64,000 nucleotides of DNA from Callorhinchus milii. Lineage: Eukaryota. Under the pieces are notes generated by a model that made no database searches, was not told the origin of the DNA, and saw nothing but the letters and a program-made list of their open reading frames with translations. This document shows positions 18,743 through 31,800 of this stretch, in pieces (the first letter of the stretch is position 1; every line of letters starts with the position of its first letter). The translations under genes and the position numbers were made by a program. The DNA lies in contig NW_024704742.1 in the NCBI RefSeq assembly GCF_018977255.1, positions 52,578,001-52,642,000 on the forward strand, in the 5' to 3' direction.

Positions 18743-21700
18743 ACAGAATAACCACATAGATACAGAGGATGTAGTGTATATCTGACCATTGTGTAAAATG
18801 CACATGTAGATTCTGAAGTTTCTTGTGAGTTTTCAAACCAAACAACAGTGCTGCGCATCATATTTTACTATATAAATATTTCAGGAAATGGGTGGCCAGG
18901 CACCTGTTATCTACTGTAAAAAATGGAAAGCAAATCAAGGGGGAGGCAGCTATGATGCACCATGTAAGATAGAACTCCAGCATCAAGTTATCCTTTTGGG
19001 ATTGGGAAATCAAACTTAATAGTGAAATAATTATTTATTGCAATGCTCACTTCACAATACATTTTTCTTAAAAAGTCTTTTGCACAGAACATTTTTCCTA
19101 CATGGTCAGCAATTCACAATGTGTCATGCAAAGGATTGCTTGTCAATCTTATCACCGCTTTTTCCCTCTCGAATGTCTTGGGTTTCTTTATTTAAAATGG
19201 TTTGTCATAGTTTAAAGAAGGGGAAAAGGCACTTCTCAAAAACAATAATGCTAAGTATAACAATAATGCTTTTATTTCTTATAGTGCTTTATTACATCAA
19301 AGTGTCACAACACACTTCACAGGGAATTGTTGTCAATGTAGTAACTATTGGTAGGTGAATGTGACAGCCAATGTGAACACAGAGTTCTACCTACAGCTGT
19401 GACATGAATGACCAATTTTATCTGGACATCCGAGGACATCAGAAGAAACACCAGTCTCTTCAAATAGTGTATCTTTAAGGTTCACATGAACAGATAGAAC
19501 GGTTTGTCTCAGCCAAAGAACAGCACCTCCAAGAATGTGGCGTTCCACTCCCCTCCCCACAACGCTGCACTGGATTCTCAGCCTGGACATGAGCTCAAAG
19601 TCCTTGACACAATACTTGAGCCCACAACAATTGATCAGCATTACAAAAAAAGCTTTTAACTATAGGAATAATGCCTCTTTAGAAGGGAAGGTAACATGCA
19701 ATAGGTCTGTTAGAATAACTAACTGCTTATCAGAGGACAGTGTCTTCGTAAGCTCAGTTTGAAGTGCTCTGTTGTGTCCCTGATAATACTTGGAGAGACA
19801 AGTGAATAATGTAATGAAAGAAGTTACTTCAGTAATTTTTTTAATATTATCTTGTTAACTGAGTTTGCTAGTACAACCTCTAAATTATGAGCATTTCAAT
19901 TACAATGTTTGTGTTAATTGTTCAAATTGTTTAACAATTGTGTGGCCGTTTGCTGGTTACCAGTGTGCTTTTGACTGGACAGATCTTCATTTAGAAATAT
20001 GGCATCAGCTGGCTTACTGATGTTTTGAAATGCCTGCTGGAGAATTGATCAGGAGTAGGAAGCAGCGGTTGTTTTTGCAATATTTTTAGGATTAAAATAA
20101 TAATACTTGCATTTGAAATAGCACTCTCACGTAATTGAATCATCTCCAAGCGCTTTACAGGATATACTGTGAAGTTGATTGACTGTAATTGTTATTGTGA
20201 AGAACTGCAAAAAAAGTAAGTGTTGTTGAACCTGTTATTACCCTGTCAGAATATTGCTCTAAAATCAAGTACTGTACATATAAATCTGTCCAAGATCATT
20301 GTAAAGTTTAGTATTCGTTTAGTTTTTAAGATGAATGTTTGCAGGAGACCCAGCAGCATTTTTTTTGTTCTTGTCTAAAATTGTGGAAATAAATCTGTCA
20401 CTATTTTCAGGTTATATTTTTTCTTTTACCACAAATTTTGGTTGAACTGTAAAAACTCACCATCTGAAAATGCCAGTAATAACCTTCAAACTGAATATTT
20501 CAACCAGTTGAATGGAGTTTGAAATATTGCATTTCATATAATTACCAAACAATAACTTGAAAAATATATCTTCAATGAATAGTGGCAATCACGTCAACCA
20601 CTTTAATTTGGAGCGATTTAGAACATTTCAAAATGCTGAGATAATGTCTTTTCAATGTTCAAAAAAAAATTCTTATCTAAAGCTAAATAATTGCTGCCAT
20701 GTTGAATAGCACAGCTTTGGCCTGACTTTATCTTGCAAGATTTATTGCCACTGTTGTATCTGTTCATAATTAAGTTTGATAAAGAGGTATTCATAAACTT
20801 CAGTTTATACGTGGACATTAACAAATATCCAAAATAAATTTGCACAACTTAAGATCCAATTCGTGACTATTTCACTACATTCAAGTTTATCTTATCACAC
20901 TCTGAAGAGGTTAAACTGTTCAGCATTTTACACAAATATAAATATGTTAGCAGTATAAGATGCTCTTTACTAAGGGAATTTTGGAATATTTTGTGATTGA
21001 AGATGAAAAGAATTTTGAACAACTAGGATTGTTTTCTTAGAAGCTAGAAAACCTCAAATAATTTGAATTAGCAGGTAACAATCATCTACACAATATATAG
21101 ATTTCTGGGTATAAATATCTCCAATTTTAATGTCACACTTTAATTTCTCTATATAGCATTTACTGATATGGTGTTGGTATATGTGGCAATACAGGATAAG
21201 GATTTTAGAGTAACGTTTGAGCTGATACTTTTAAGAGCATTTGTAAAATGTTACCTTTGCATATTTTCAATGTGGTCCAAATGATTGATAATTAGATGGC
21301 AGCTTAGTGTTTTGGTACGGTTAAAAACTGTGATTCACTGAAGTGAAAAGGACGGGAAATAATTACCCAGGTGCATTAATTGGAACTTCTGCAACCTGAG
21401 GCAGATATGCTGTCACTAAACTAATTAGTACCAGTAAAGTTGGTTTAAAAATGAAATTTTGTTGTAAATGCAATTTTGTTGTAAATATATTCTCCTGATG
21501 CCAACAGCCTGCATTAAATCGAAACACTTTGGGGAAATCTTGAATTTCCACTTGCTTTGTTGCTGTTTCAGTACAAATAAGATTGTGTAAATAAAAACAG
21601 TGCTTTAAGAAACCTTGGGTCATTTGAGATGGGAAGCAGAGTTACGTGGTTGATCTGGGCATAGACTTGGCCAGTTTGTAGTCTTTGCTGGGAGTTGGGA

Positions 21701-23052
21701 AAGATACACTCTTGAAGCCAGGTGAATCTGCACATTTTTTACCTTTCAGACTTGCAATTTTCAAAAAAGTGCAACAGGAGGTTAAGTATTCAATAAACTT
21801 TTGCAAGTTATTTATCAGGTACTCAGCTGTTGGATTCATAAATGAAAATGATGCACCTCCTTGGCAATAGTACTGTGATTCCTATACTATAATTGCTTTT
21901 GCTTATGTTCAGTGTTTTTCTTCCATGTAATAACAGGTATAGTAGTCTTGCTTTGCATTTCTAAATGTCTTAATTTTCTAACATTCAATTAAATTAGTCA
22001 GTAAAATTACATAGAGGTGGAGTACATCTTGCATACAGATTACCAGAATAATTCTTTTTTTTTTTAGTTGTGAAGACTAATTTGTAGGACCATGAAAATA
22101 TATCAATCTACATTGAAAAAAATATAGTACAGTACAAATGCTGGACATAAGTCAAAACATTACATAAAGGCTGTGCTTTTAAGTGTGAATGCTAATATTT
22201 TTGTCTCGCAGGATTGGACACTTATTTTGAAATGGAATTTAGTTCTGCTATATTCAAAACATCAGCATGACTACACAGAATTTTCCACTATGAGTCCCCA
22301 GTACAGGTTTTCAAACTTCCTTTATCCAATATTTTGAGTTTATCTCGAAGGTTATCGACTGTTTGTAATTTATTATAATGTTGCAGGTTTCGATCTACTT
22401 GACTTTGTCTAGTACAAGGTGCTTTGATCTAGAAAGCTACAATTAAGTCATTTGAATTCACAAGATATATTTTTTGGCTAGTGACATTGCAAAATTTGAA
22501 AGGTTTATTGTATGCATTAACTTGATTTTTACTAAACCTTAAATCATAGTTTTTGGGTTTTGTTTTTAGTTTGTGGTATTTTTATGTATGTAGGAAAAGT
22601 TGTGCTGCTGATACACCCACCGTTTTGTATTGTTAACTCGCAATATAAATGTTTGGTCAATATTTGACGCATTGCAGCAACATTTTCGTTTCAATAAACT
22701 TTTTTGACCCTGTACCGATTGTGTAGTGCGGATTAATCTCATGAAAGTTCAAAAATAAGTTTCAACTTAAAAAAGGACAATGTGAATTAATGTGAATTGT
22801 TTCTACCTAAGATGAGCAACCTCCCTTTTCACCCCTCGCCTTGTATTTGATTGAACTTTTTTTGCTTTCATGCAATGGTCAATCAAAAGTACAATACAAA
22901 TTACAGTTGTATTAATGCCTTTCATGTCTGGAGGATGTCCTAACAATATTAGCTTGGCACTCGAGCTAGGGATGGAAATGATGACTCAAAGTGGAGTCAT
23001 AGAGTTTGGTCTTGAGATGGACCTTGAACAGGTTGAAGGAGGGAGTGAGTCA

Positions 23053-23520
23053 TAACAACAACAAGATTCCATTTATAGAGCACCTTTCACGTCGGGAAGA
23101 CGTCCCAAGGCGTCATAGGGATAGATTTCCAGAGAGATAAACTAAAAGCCTGCCCACCAATGGTGAAGTGGGTAAGTGCGGGAGACATGAAGCAGGCCGA
23201 TGACTGCTGAGCAAAAGGAGCGGCTTAGTCGGTAGGGTTTGAGGAGGTTGCAGAGGTAGGGTGGGTGGGTAAGACCATGTAGTGGATATGAAGGTGAGAA
23301 TGAGGATCTTAAACTCGACCTGCTATAGGATGGGGAGCCTATGAAGCTGGGTGAGGACTGATCAGATAGACTCGCAGAGCCTTGTGTGGGAAAGGACATG
23401 GGCACCAGAGTCCTGAATAGTCTGCAGTATGTGTAGGGAAGAGCTTGGTAGTCCAGTGAGCAGAACATTGGTAGTCAAGTCTGGATGTGATAACTATGGA
23501 TAAGGGTCTCAGTGGCTTGA
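23053..23520 (-). mobile_element. L2 3' fragment(s)
   Basis: Reverse L2 tail at 23053-23115, followed by reverse-strand ORF2 C-terminal sequence. Confidence 0.65.
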
Positions 23521-24069
23521 GTGGAGAAATAGCAGCAGAGGTGGGTAATATTTTGGAGGTGGCGGATCAGTGTCTTTCCTTGAAATGCAGTACATCTTCA
23601 TTCCTTGTGCACTAAATTCAATTTGAACAAGATTGTCTTTAGATATGAGGCAGAAGGAAATGAATTTGAGTGCTTTAGTAGTAGTTGTCAGTCTGCCAAT
23701 TATGAATAGATGCCAAAAAAGGCCATTTGGCCCAATGTTTGCACCAGCTTTATTAATCCTTTTCGTAACAAAACAAATCATGGTCACAAGTCCTCTTTGC
23801 CATAAAAAATAAGGTCAACCTATTTTTTCCATAAGATTGCCAGATCTTGTTATGTTATCCCATGTTTCCATGAACGAAAGGATGAGTAATATCTTTCATT
23901 TACTGACCAGAGCTCCATATAGTATTCAAGGTGAAGTTAGTAAAATCAACTGCTGTATCATGAATGTTCATTGGGAGCTGTATTAAGTTTCACAACATGC
24001 AGTTCCAGGATATTAGAATTCATGCATTTTATGATCATTTGAAATAATAATATTTCGGGAAATTAATTG

Positions 24070-26335
24070 ATTTGGTTTTTAGTGATTTGTGGATATGGAC
24101 CCAAATCTCTTTGCTCTTCCACAGTACTTAATTTCTCCCCATTAAAAAAAAATTCTGCTTTATCTTTTTTCGGTCTGTAGTGGATAACCTCACGCTTCCC
24201 TACATTGAACGCCATCTGCCACAGCTTTGCCCACTCACTTAATCTGTCTAAGTCCCATTGTAACTTCCTACTCCCATCTACACAATTTACTGAGCCTTTT
24301 ACCTTTGTGTCGTCTGCAAACTTTGATTTAAAAAAAACTTTCTATTCCTTCATCCAAGTCATTTATACATAATATATATATGTAATATATATACATACAC
24401 ACAAAATAGTCCTGTTGGACAGAACTAGTGCCTCCTCCTCTGCCTCTACTAAGTAAATGCTACCCTGCTGGCTATCAATCTCACACTCCTCTTTCTGTAC
24501 CTAGCCTGGAATATTTAGCTCCCAGTCCTGCCCAGCGTGTAACCAGGTTTCTGTAATGGCTACTACATCACACCCTTTAAACTGAATTTGTGCTTCTAAC
24601 TCACTTGTTTTATTTCTTATGCTACGTGCATTTGTATACATAACTCTTATTTGGGTAACTGACCCCAACATGCCTATATGCCCTGATGATGTTCTTCTCA
24701 CACTTTTTGACTTGTTACATCTTTTGTAATAACTTCCTATTACCCTTTTCTTTCCTGTTCATGCCTTCATCACCTTCAGGGTCGACTATGAAAACGCCCT
24801 GCTGTCGGCCTTCCCAACTCCTCCCTCCACAGGCTGCAGATAATCCAGAACTCTGCAGCCCATGTCCTCTCCTGCACCAAACTCCGTGACCCGATCTCCC
24901 CTATTCTCGCCCGACTCCATTGGCTCCCTATCCTTCAGAGGATCCAGTTCAAGATCCTGGTTCTCACCTACAATGGCCTCGCCCCACTCTACCTCTGCGA
25001 CCTCCTAACCCACTACCAACCCACCCGTTCCCTCCACTCAGCCGGCTCTGGTCTGCTCCACGTCCCCCGACCCACCCACCCCACCATTGGCGGGAGAGCC
25101 TTCAGCCAATCTGCCCCAACCTCCGGAATTCCATCCCCCAATCACTCTGCCTCGCCCTCTCCTTAGCCTCCTTCAAGTACCGCCTCAAAACCCTGCTCTT
25201 CGACCATGCCACTGGTCACCCCCCTTCCCCTCCCTGACCCCAGCTCGGGTCTGAAATGCTGTACGTTGTCCAGCGCCTTGGAATGTCCTCCCGACATGAA
25301 AGGCGCTATACAAATCTAATCTTGTTGTTGTAGTATTTGTTATCTTTATCACTATTTGTAATATGACTGTTGCTCTCATCCTCTCCTTGCCTTACCCACC
25401 TGAACCCCCCGCCCCCCACCACCTTACTGGTTTAAAGCTTTTTCTACAGCCATACTTATCCTTTGCGCTAGAACCTTGGTCAAAGCCCCATTCAGGTGCA
25501 GCCCATCCCAGAAGTACAGCTCATTCCTGTCTCAGTACTGGTACCAGTGTCCCATGAAATGGAAACCCTCCTTTTCACACCACTCTTTCAGCCACATTTT
25601 CCTGATCTGTTTATCTCTATACCTATTTGCACGTGGCTGGGGTAGCAATCCAGGGATTACCACCTTCAAGGTCTTTTTTTTAAATTTAGGCCCGAGCTCT
25701 TGATACTCCCTTAGCAGACCTCCTTCTTGCTCTTTTCTATGTCATTGGTTCCCACATGGAAAACGACAACTGTTCTTTCCCCTCCCTTTCCAAGTCCCCT
25801 TCCAGCTGCTTTGAGATATCCCTTACCCTGTCACCAGGAAGACAACACATCCTCCTAGATGCTCAATCTCGACTGCAGAAAATACCTTTGATCCCCTTAA
25901 TTATGTCATCCCCTATAACTACAATGTTTCTATTCTGCTCCCCCCCACCGCTTGCACTGCCTTCTGCTCTATGGTGCTTTGATTTGCATTCAGGCCTCCT
26001 TCCCCACAGACTTTTCCCTCATCCAATGTAGCAAGTACATTATACCTCCTTCTCTGCCTCTACTAAGTAAATGCTACCCTGCTGGCTATCAATCTCATAC
26101 TCCTCTTCCTGTACCTCTCTACATGGCGTGGCTATGTTCTGAAGTAAATTGTCCAAATATTCCTCCGCCTCCCTTATGAGTCAAAGTGTCTCTAACGTGC
26201 ACTCCAAGTCGAAAACCCTGAGTGACTCAAGACACATGCACTTTTCACAGATGTGACCATCAGGGACAGTCTTACTATTCACAAATTCCCATATACTGCA
26301 GCTTTGACACACTACATGTGTTGCCATTACCCCTT
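24070..26335 (-). mobile_element. Rearranged CR1 LINE (ORF1, endonuclease start, RT piece) with a nested plus-strand L2 at about 24770-25332
   Basis: Endonuclease N-terminus YTNARSIRNK..DVVAITETWL..WELNIPG (24501-24660); Cys-rich ORF1-like start near 26330; L2 tail at 25270-25332. Confidence 0.75.
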
Positions 26336-26777
26336 TCTAGCTTCTACTCCACTTAACGTTTAGGATTATTTATATATTACTATATTATCTATAATGTTTA
26401 AATTTACAAGGTTTTACCTTCGCCTTTTATTTGTTTTTAGTTATTTTCCCCTTAATCTATTTTACCATTGACAATTTCAGGGTAAATAGATAAAACAAGT
26501 AATTTCGACCCTTTTGTTCCTTGCTCACACTGCTTAATACTTAACACCTACTTACTCAGAGATAAATATGTCTAGCCCAACCCTAATTCTACACCTGACT
26601 TCACTCTCTGATCTCTCACAGGCCCCTACAGTGTAGAACATCAGCGTCCTGTTCCACCCTCAACTGTCCTTCATGCCCCACATCCGTGCCATGACCCGCT
26701 CTGCCTTTCACCACCTCTGCAAATTCACCTGTCTTGAAATTACTGTGGTTTTCAGATATTAAAGACTTTGAAAACCT

Positions 26778-26783
26778 TTTATT
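26778..26783 (-). terminator. Candidate CLOCK polyadenylation signal
   Basis: AATAAA on the minus strand at the end of an AT-rich, mostly unique 1.9-kb stretch after the stop, just before repeat-dense DNA. Confidence 0.3.
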
Positions 26784-28653
26784 TAGTCCCATGAACTGTA
26801 TAGCAGAAAACAATGCATACAATGGAGCACATAGAACACTGAATACCATTCACAGCTATTAACTGATATACTACTGAGGAACTATTAGTTGATGTTAAAC
26901 ATTTAAAAAGTACAAGAATCAAATTATTTGTTTCATTTTCAATCAATTTGGCTTCAAAAGGAATTATTTTTCCTCCTTTGCAAACATGTAACACTGAATT
27001 TTTCCAGATACTTTGAAATACTGTAACAGTAATTAAAATTAGTTGCCTGTGTGATAAAATTTTTCCATTCTTTGGGGGAAATAGAAAAATGGCTAATATA
27101 TGATGTGATTTCATCACCATGCATACATAAAGATCACAACAGATTGTCTACTTTTCTAGGGTTGGTTCTTCATAAATAACAACCTTTGGATTCTGTATAC
27201 AAATGCAGCCTAATAAGCATATTCCAGTAATGTCAGTTTGTTTAGTATATTATTGGTAAGAAATTGGCCTTTACCAGTAAGCATCACTTCAAAACATTAT
27301 GTTGAACAAATATTGGCTAGTAGTGGATTATTATTATTGAAAGCATCCAAAGTGTGTAAATTGTGAGAACATGGAGTACACAATGCTTCAACATGTAGGG
27401 AATAATAACAATAATCTTTGCATTTGATATTGAGCCTTGAAATGTCTCAAAGCGTTTCACAGTATATAGTGTAAAGTGAATTCACTGTATATTTTGTGGG
27501 TGAAACTCAGCAGCCAATTGCACACAGCAGCGTCCCATAAACAGTCAAATAGAGACCAGATTTTACTTAGTCACTATAGTATTTAAATATTTTACTCAAG
27601 AAGTCACAGGATACAAATTTCACATTAAATGGAAACAAAGAAAAAATCAGGTGACTTTGGTGTGAAAATTAACTTTACTACTTTACTACTACAGAATTTG
27701 TACCAACATATTCTGCAAACAAATTTTAATGTTGGCCACTTCAATTACATCACAATGGAACCCAAAAGAAAAATCAGGTTCAAGTGTAAAACAGGAATCC
27801 AGATTTTCCAATTCAAGTGGAAACAAGTAGTCCTTAGTATCTGATTTATTTTGCATAACTTGTTTTTTCAGTCAGTATGACAATTTTAATCCCATTTTAT
27901 CCCATGAAGCAGCACAGTAAACAAACTGACCTCAGCAGTTGGAACATACCAATGACGACATATGGTTTGTATATGTTGAGTGAATGGTACATTAAAAATT
28001 AAAATAACTTTTGCATCTTTCAGAAATGTAGTTAGCAATATTCAAACATATGAACAGATTATTTTCATGCATCATATAAAATATTTCTCTCCTTTTCCAT
28101 TATTTACACATTATTTTACAGAATCTATACAATAGCACATTCTTTCATAAAATATTTTCTGACCCATAATCATTTGACACCAAATGTCCTTTAAATTCTC
28201 TTCATAATATTTCAAATAAATCACAGAGGCAGCAGCACACAGGAGTGACTACACTCTGCAAACATCAAAAGCAGTCATTTATGTCACCATTAAAATAAAA
28301 ACTAGTTATATTAGTGCTCATTTCTGGATTTCTGAATTTGTTAAGTTTTCTAAATTGGACAATAGTTGGCAGTGCATTTTTGCAGAATCAAGGAAATAGA
28401 AAACTGTCAATCAAGGAAATAGAAAGTCCTCCAAACCTCTCCCTCTTTCTCAAGAATCATCTTGTGTTGGTCTAAAAGCACCTCGTAGTGAGTGGATGCA
28501 TTTCCAGAATTGGAACATACCAGTTTCACCAGTTATTAGCAGCAGAGTTCAGAACACTGCATTTATTTTAATAATGAACTAAGATTAAAAAGCCCAATTT
28601 TAGAGATAGAGATTACTTGATATAATTAGTCCTTTTTTTAAAATCGTCACAGT

Positions 28654-28803
28654 TTACTCTTGCTGTGCTTTTGAAGGATCCGATAAACTGTCTGTCCTTG
28701 GCCGTGAGAGCTGCTGCTGTTGAGTAAAAGTATTTTGTTGTAGAGGGAAAGCAGCTGACAAGATAAACTGGGTGGATTGGCTACCATGGAGCAATCGAGG
28801 TGC
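28654..28803 (-). CDS. CLOCK: CLOCK last coding exon
   Basis: [49 protein letters not shown]. Confidence 0.93.
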   Translation of the reverse strand, partial: APRLLHGSQSTQFILSAAFPLQQNTFTQQQQLSRPRTDSLSDPSKAQQE

Positions 28804-31800
28804 CTAAATTTAAAAAGACAAAAGTACAACATTTACAATCTAAAGAAAAAAATTAAAATAATTTTTCAGCATCCAAAAACCATACAACACAGGAGGTCCT
28901 AACCTCAAACAGAATCCAAACACTCTGCAAATACTTAATTTTATCTGTTGCTTTCTTCAATGCTACCAGGGACATTCATGCCCTGGCAGTGTTGAAGAGA
29001 GCAATCAGGTGATCACCAATGTTTAAGGGATAAGCTAATAGAAATCACCAATAATTTAAGATTCTTCGTCTTAAAAACAAAGTATTTCCGAGATAATCTG
29101 ATAAAAGTTGTACAATGGGAAGGTGGACATAAGCCTCAAAACAATACTTTCAGATATACCAAGGCACCAGAAGAGGTACAAGTTCAGTCCTGAACTTTAC
29201 AGCAGACACCAGAAATATTTCTTTATATAAAGTCTAAACAACAACTCTCATAGGTTTTCTGGAATGGTGATGAAGCCAGATCTACTGAACTCATTTAAAG
29301 AGCAGATTGATTTTCAAAGACTAAGAAGTCATGTAATGGGAAGATGTTGTAGTTGGTATTATAGAAAGATGAGATCAAATGAATCGAAGTCTTCTTCTTC
29401 TGAATCTTATTTAAAAAATCTTAGTTCCTGATCAGCACCATATATGAGTGTTACAGGAATTTCTGAAATATTTTTAATTTCCTGATTTTGTGCTACTTAT
29501 TTGACATTGAACTGAATGTCCCACTACTACAGCATGTTCATACTGGAAAAGAGAAGATTGAGAGGTGATATGATTGCTGTCTTTAATATTCTAAAGTGGC
29601 TAGACGATATAGATCATGACAGGCTGTTTCAATTTGTCCAGAATCGTAAAACCAGAGGAAACGGCCTGCGATTGAAGGGGGTAAATTCAGAACGAATCTA
29701 TGCAAACACTGTTTCGGTGAATTAATAGTGAACCTGTGGAACAGGCTCCCTAGGGAGATGGTTGAAGCAGGAAGCGTTGATTCTTTCAAACACAGATGAG
29801 ATAGTTTTCTTCTAGGAAATAACAATATGAGATGTAGTACAAAGGTAGTTTGGGATATATGTGCATGTGACCGCCAGGAATGTGGAAGGTGAACTAGATG
29901 GACCTTAGTCGTTTTTCGTCTAGCATTTCTTATGTTCTTACTAATGTCAATTGCCTAAAAGATTAAAATCTCTGAAACTAGCTGTTCTAGTACTTTGAAG
30001 CTATCAGAAAACAAATTAACAATATTTTTTAAGCCAATGCTTTAAATGAGTAAATAGTAAAATATGAACATACAATGAACAGTTGAAAATGAATTAATAA
30101 ATCAATTTATTCATCCAACAATGAGAAATGATATTCTTTTAAAACATTTATGTATAAGTAATCATACCTGTAGGAATTGTTGGGGCTGGGAGAGTTGGGC
30201 TTGTGTTTGGGACTGCTGTGGAGATGTGACGGTTTGCTGTTGCTCTTGCTGGCTTTGAATCAGTGACAGTGTCTGAGGTTGTTGCTGAGTGGCAAAGGTG
30301 GGGTAGGCTGTCACTACTTGCCCCATGAACATAGTTGTTGGAACCATGACTGCACTGCATCCCATAGGAGTTGTCACCAGTTTTGTCACAAGTTGCTGTC
30401 CTTGAGTGAATCTAGTCAGAGAAAAATAAATGTGATGATTATTTATATTTTGTTTAGTATTTTCTGTTTGTTAATAAACAGGCCTTTTAAAAATGTCAAT
30501 TCATTCCCAAATGAATTTTCACATTTTAAATATCAAATTTTAAAAAACAATTTCTCACTGGAAGGACTCAAATATGTTGTACCAGCAGTGCATACTTTAT
30601 CATTGTTGGTCGTAAGAAGTGTCAGTAAGTACTTTGTAATATATTAAATCAAAAATGTTATTGGCCAAAAAAAAGTTTAATTTATCCATGTATTTCTACA
30701 GGAATTATTTCTCCCAGCAGAAATGGAACAGTTTCCTCACTAAATATTTTGTATGTGTGCATATCATACAATTAACATGAAGAACTACAAATATTTTACA
30801 ACGATTAGCATTTTTATAGTGCCTTTCATATAAGATAACATGTTGGAGCACTTCACAACGATGGGTTTAGACGCCAAGCAAGGAATGAGATGATCATAGG
30901 TTTAGTCAAAGTTCAATTTTAATGTGAATGTGGTGACATTTGGATTTTCTACTGATAAAAAAATTATGTCAATTATCAATGCACAATTAAAGTTTGCATT
31001 ACGAATATTTGAGCCTCCACATACACATCTGAAGCTGAGCACTTTGACTTTCATATCTGAAAAAATACACATGGCACAAAAATACAATCACACTTCATTT
31101 ACTTCACTAAGCTTACCTTAGTGGTCTATCCTGAGTAAAAGTGGTAACTGCACTGCTTTGGTTAGAATTTGGGGATAAAGTGGAAGGAAGTTGCACAACA
31201 TTTGCTGCAGTAGGCTGTGAAATCATCATTGTTTTATAGAGGGAAGCTGTGAGGGCGTTCTGTGTTTGGCTGGAAAATGAGGTTTGCTGGTTGTGGCTAG
31301 TTCGTAAAGTTTGTTGACCCTATATTAAAGAAAGATATTTTCCAAATTTTCGTTCAATAATCATGCACAATACAAGTCATATACAGTACAAATATTAAAG
31401 CTACATACACCTAATATCAGATTGATAAATTCATTCAAGCACTACATTTAAATAAAAGCACATTTCAGTATTCAGGATTAAAGTTCTTTAAGAATACTTT
31501 TTTTAGATTTCAGAGAACAAGGGATAAGATTTCAAGCTCTCTTCAGAAAAATGAATATTATCATATAGACCAGATATTTTTGAACTACAATAAACAGCTT
31601 GATAAGAAAATATAAAAATCAATAATATGATCAGCATTCATTTTAAATATTTGTCTGTATATATTTAAAGAAAAATGCTTTAAATATTTATATTATAAAA
31701 TAAAATGTATCCATTTGTAACTCTGCTTTTAAAATAGATGCAGACCATATTGATAAATAATTTTATACAAAAAAAACAAAGTGTTTTTTTTTCTCCTCAA

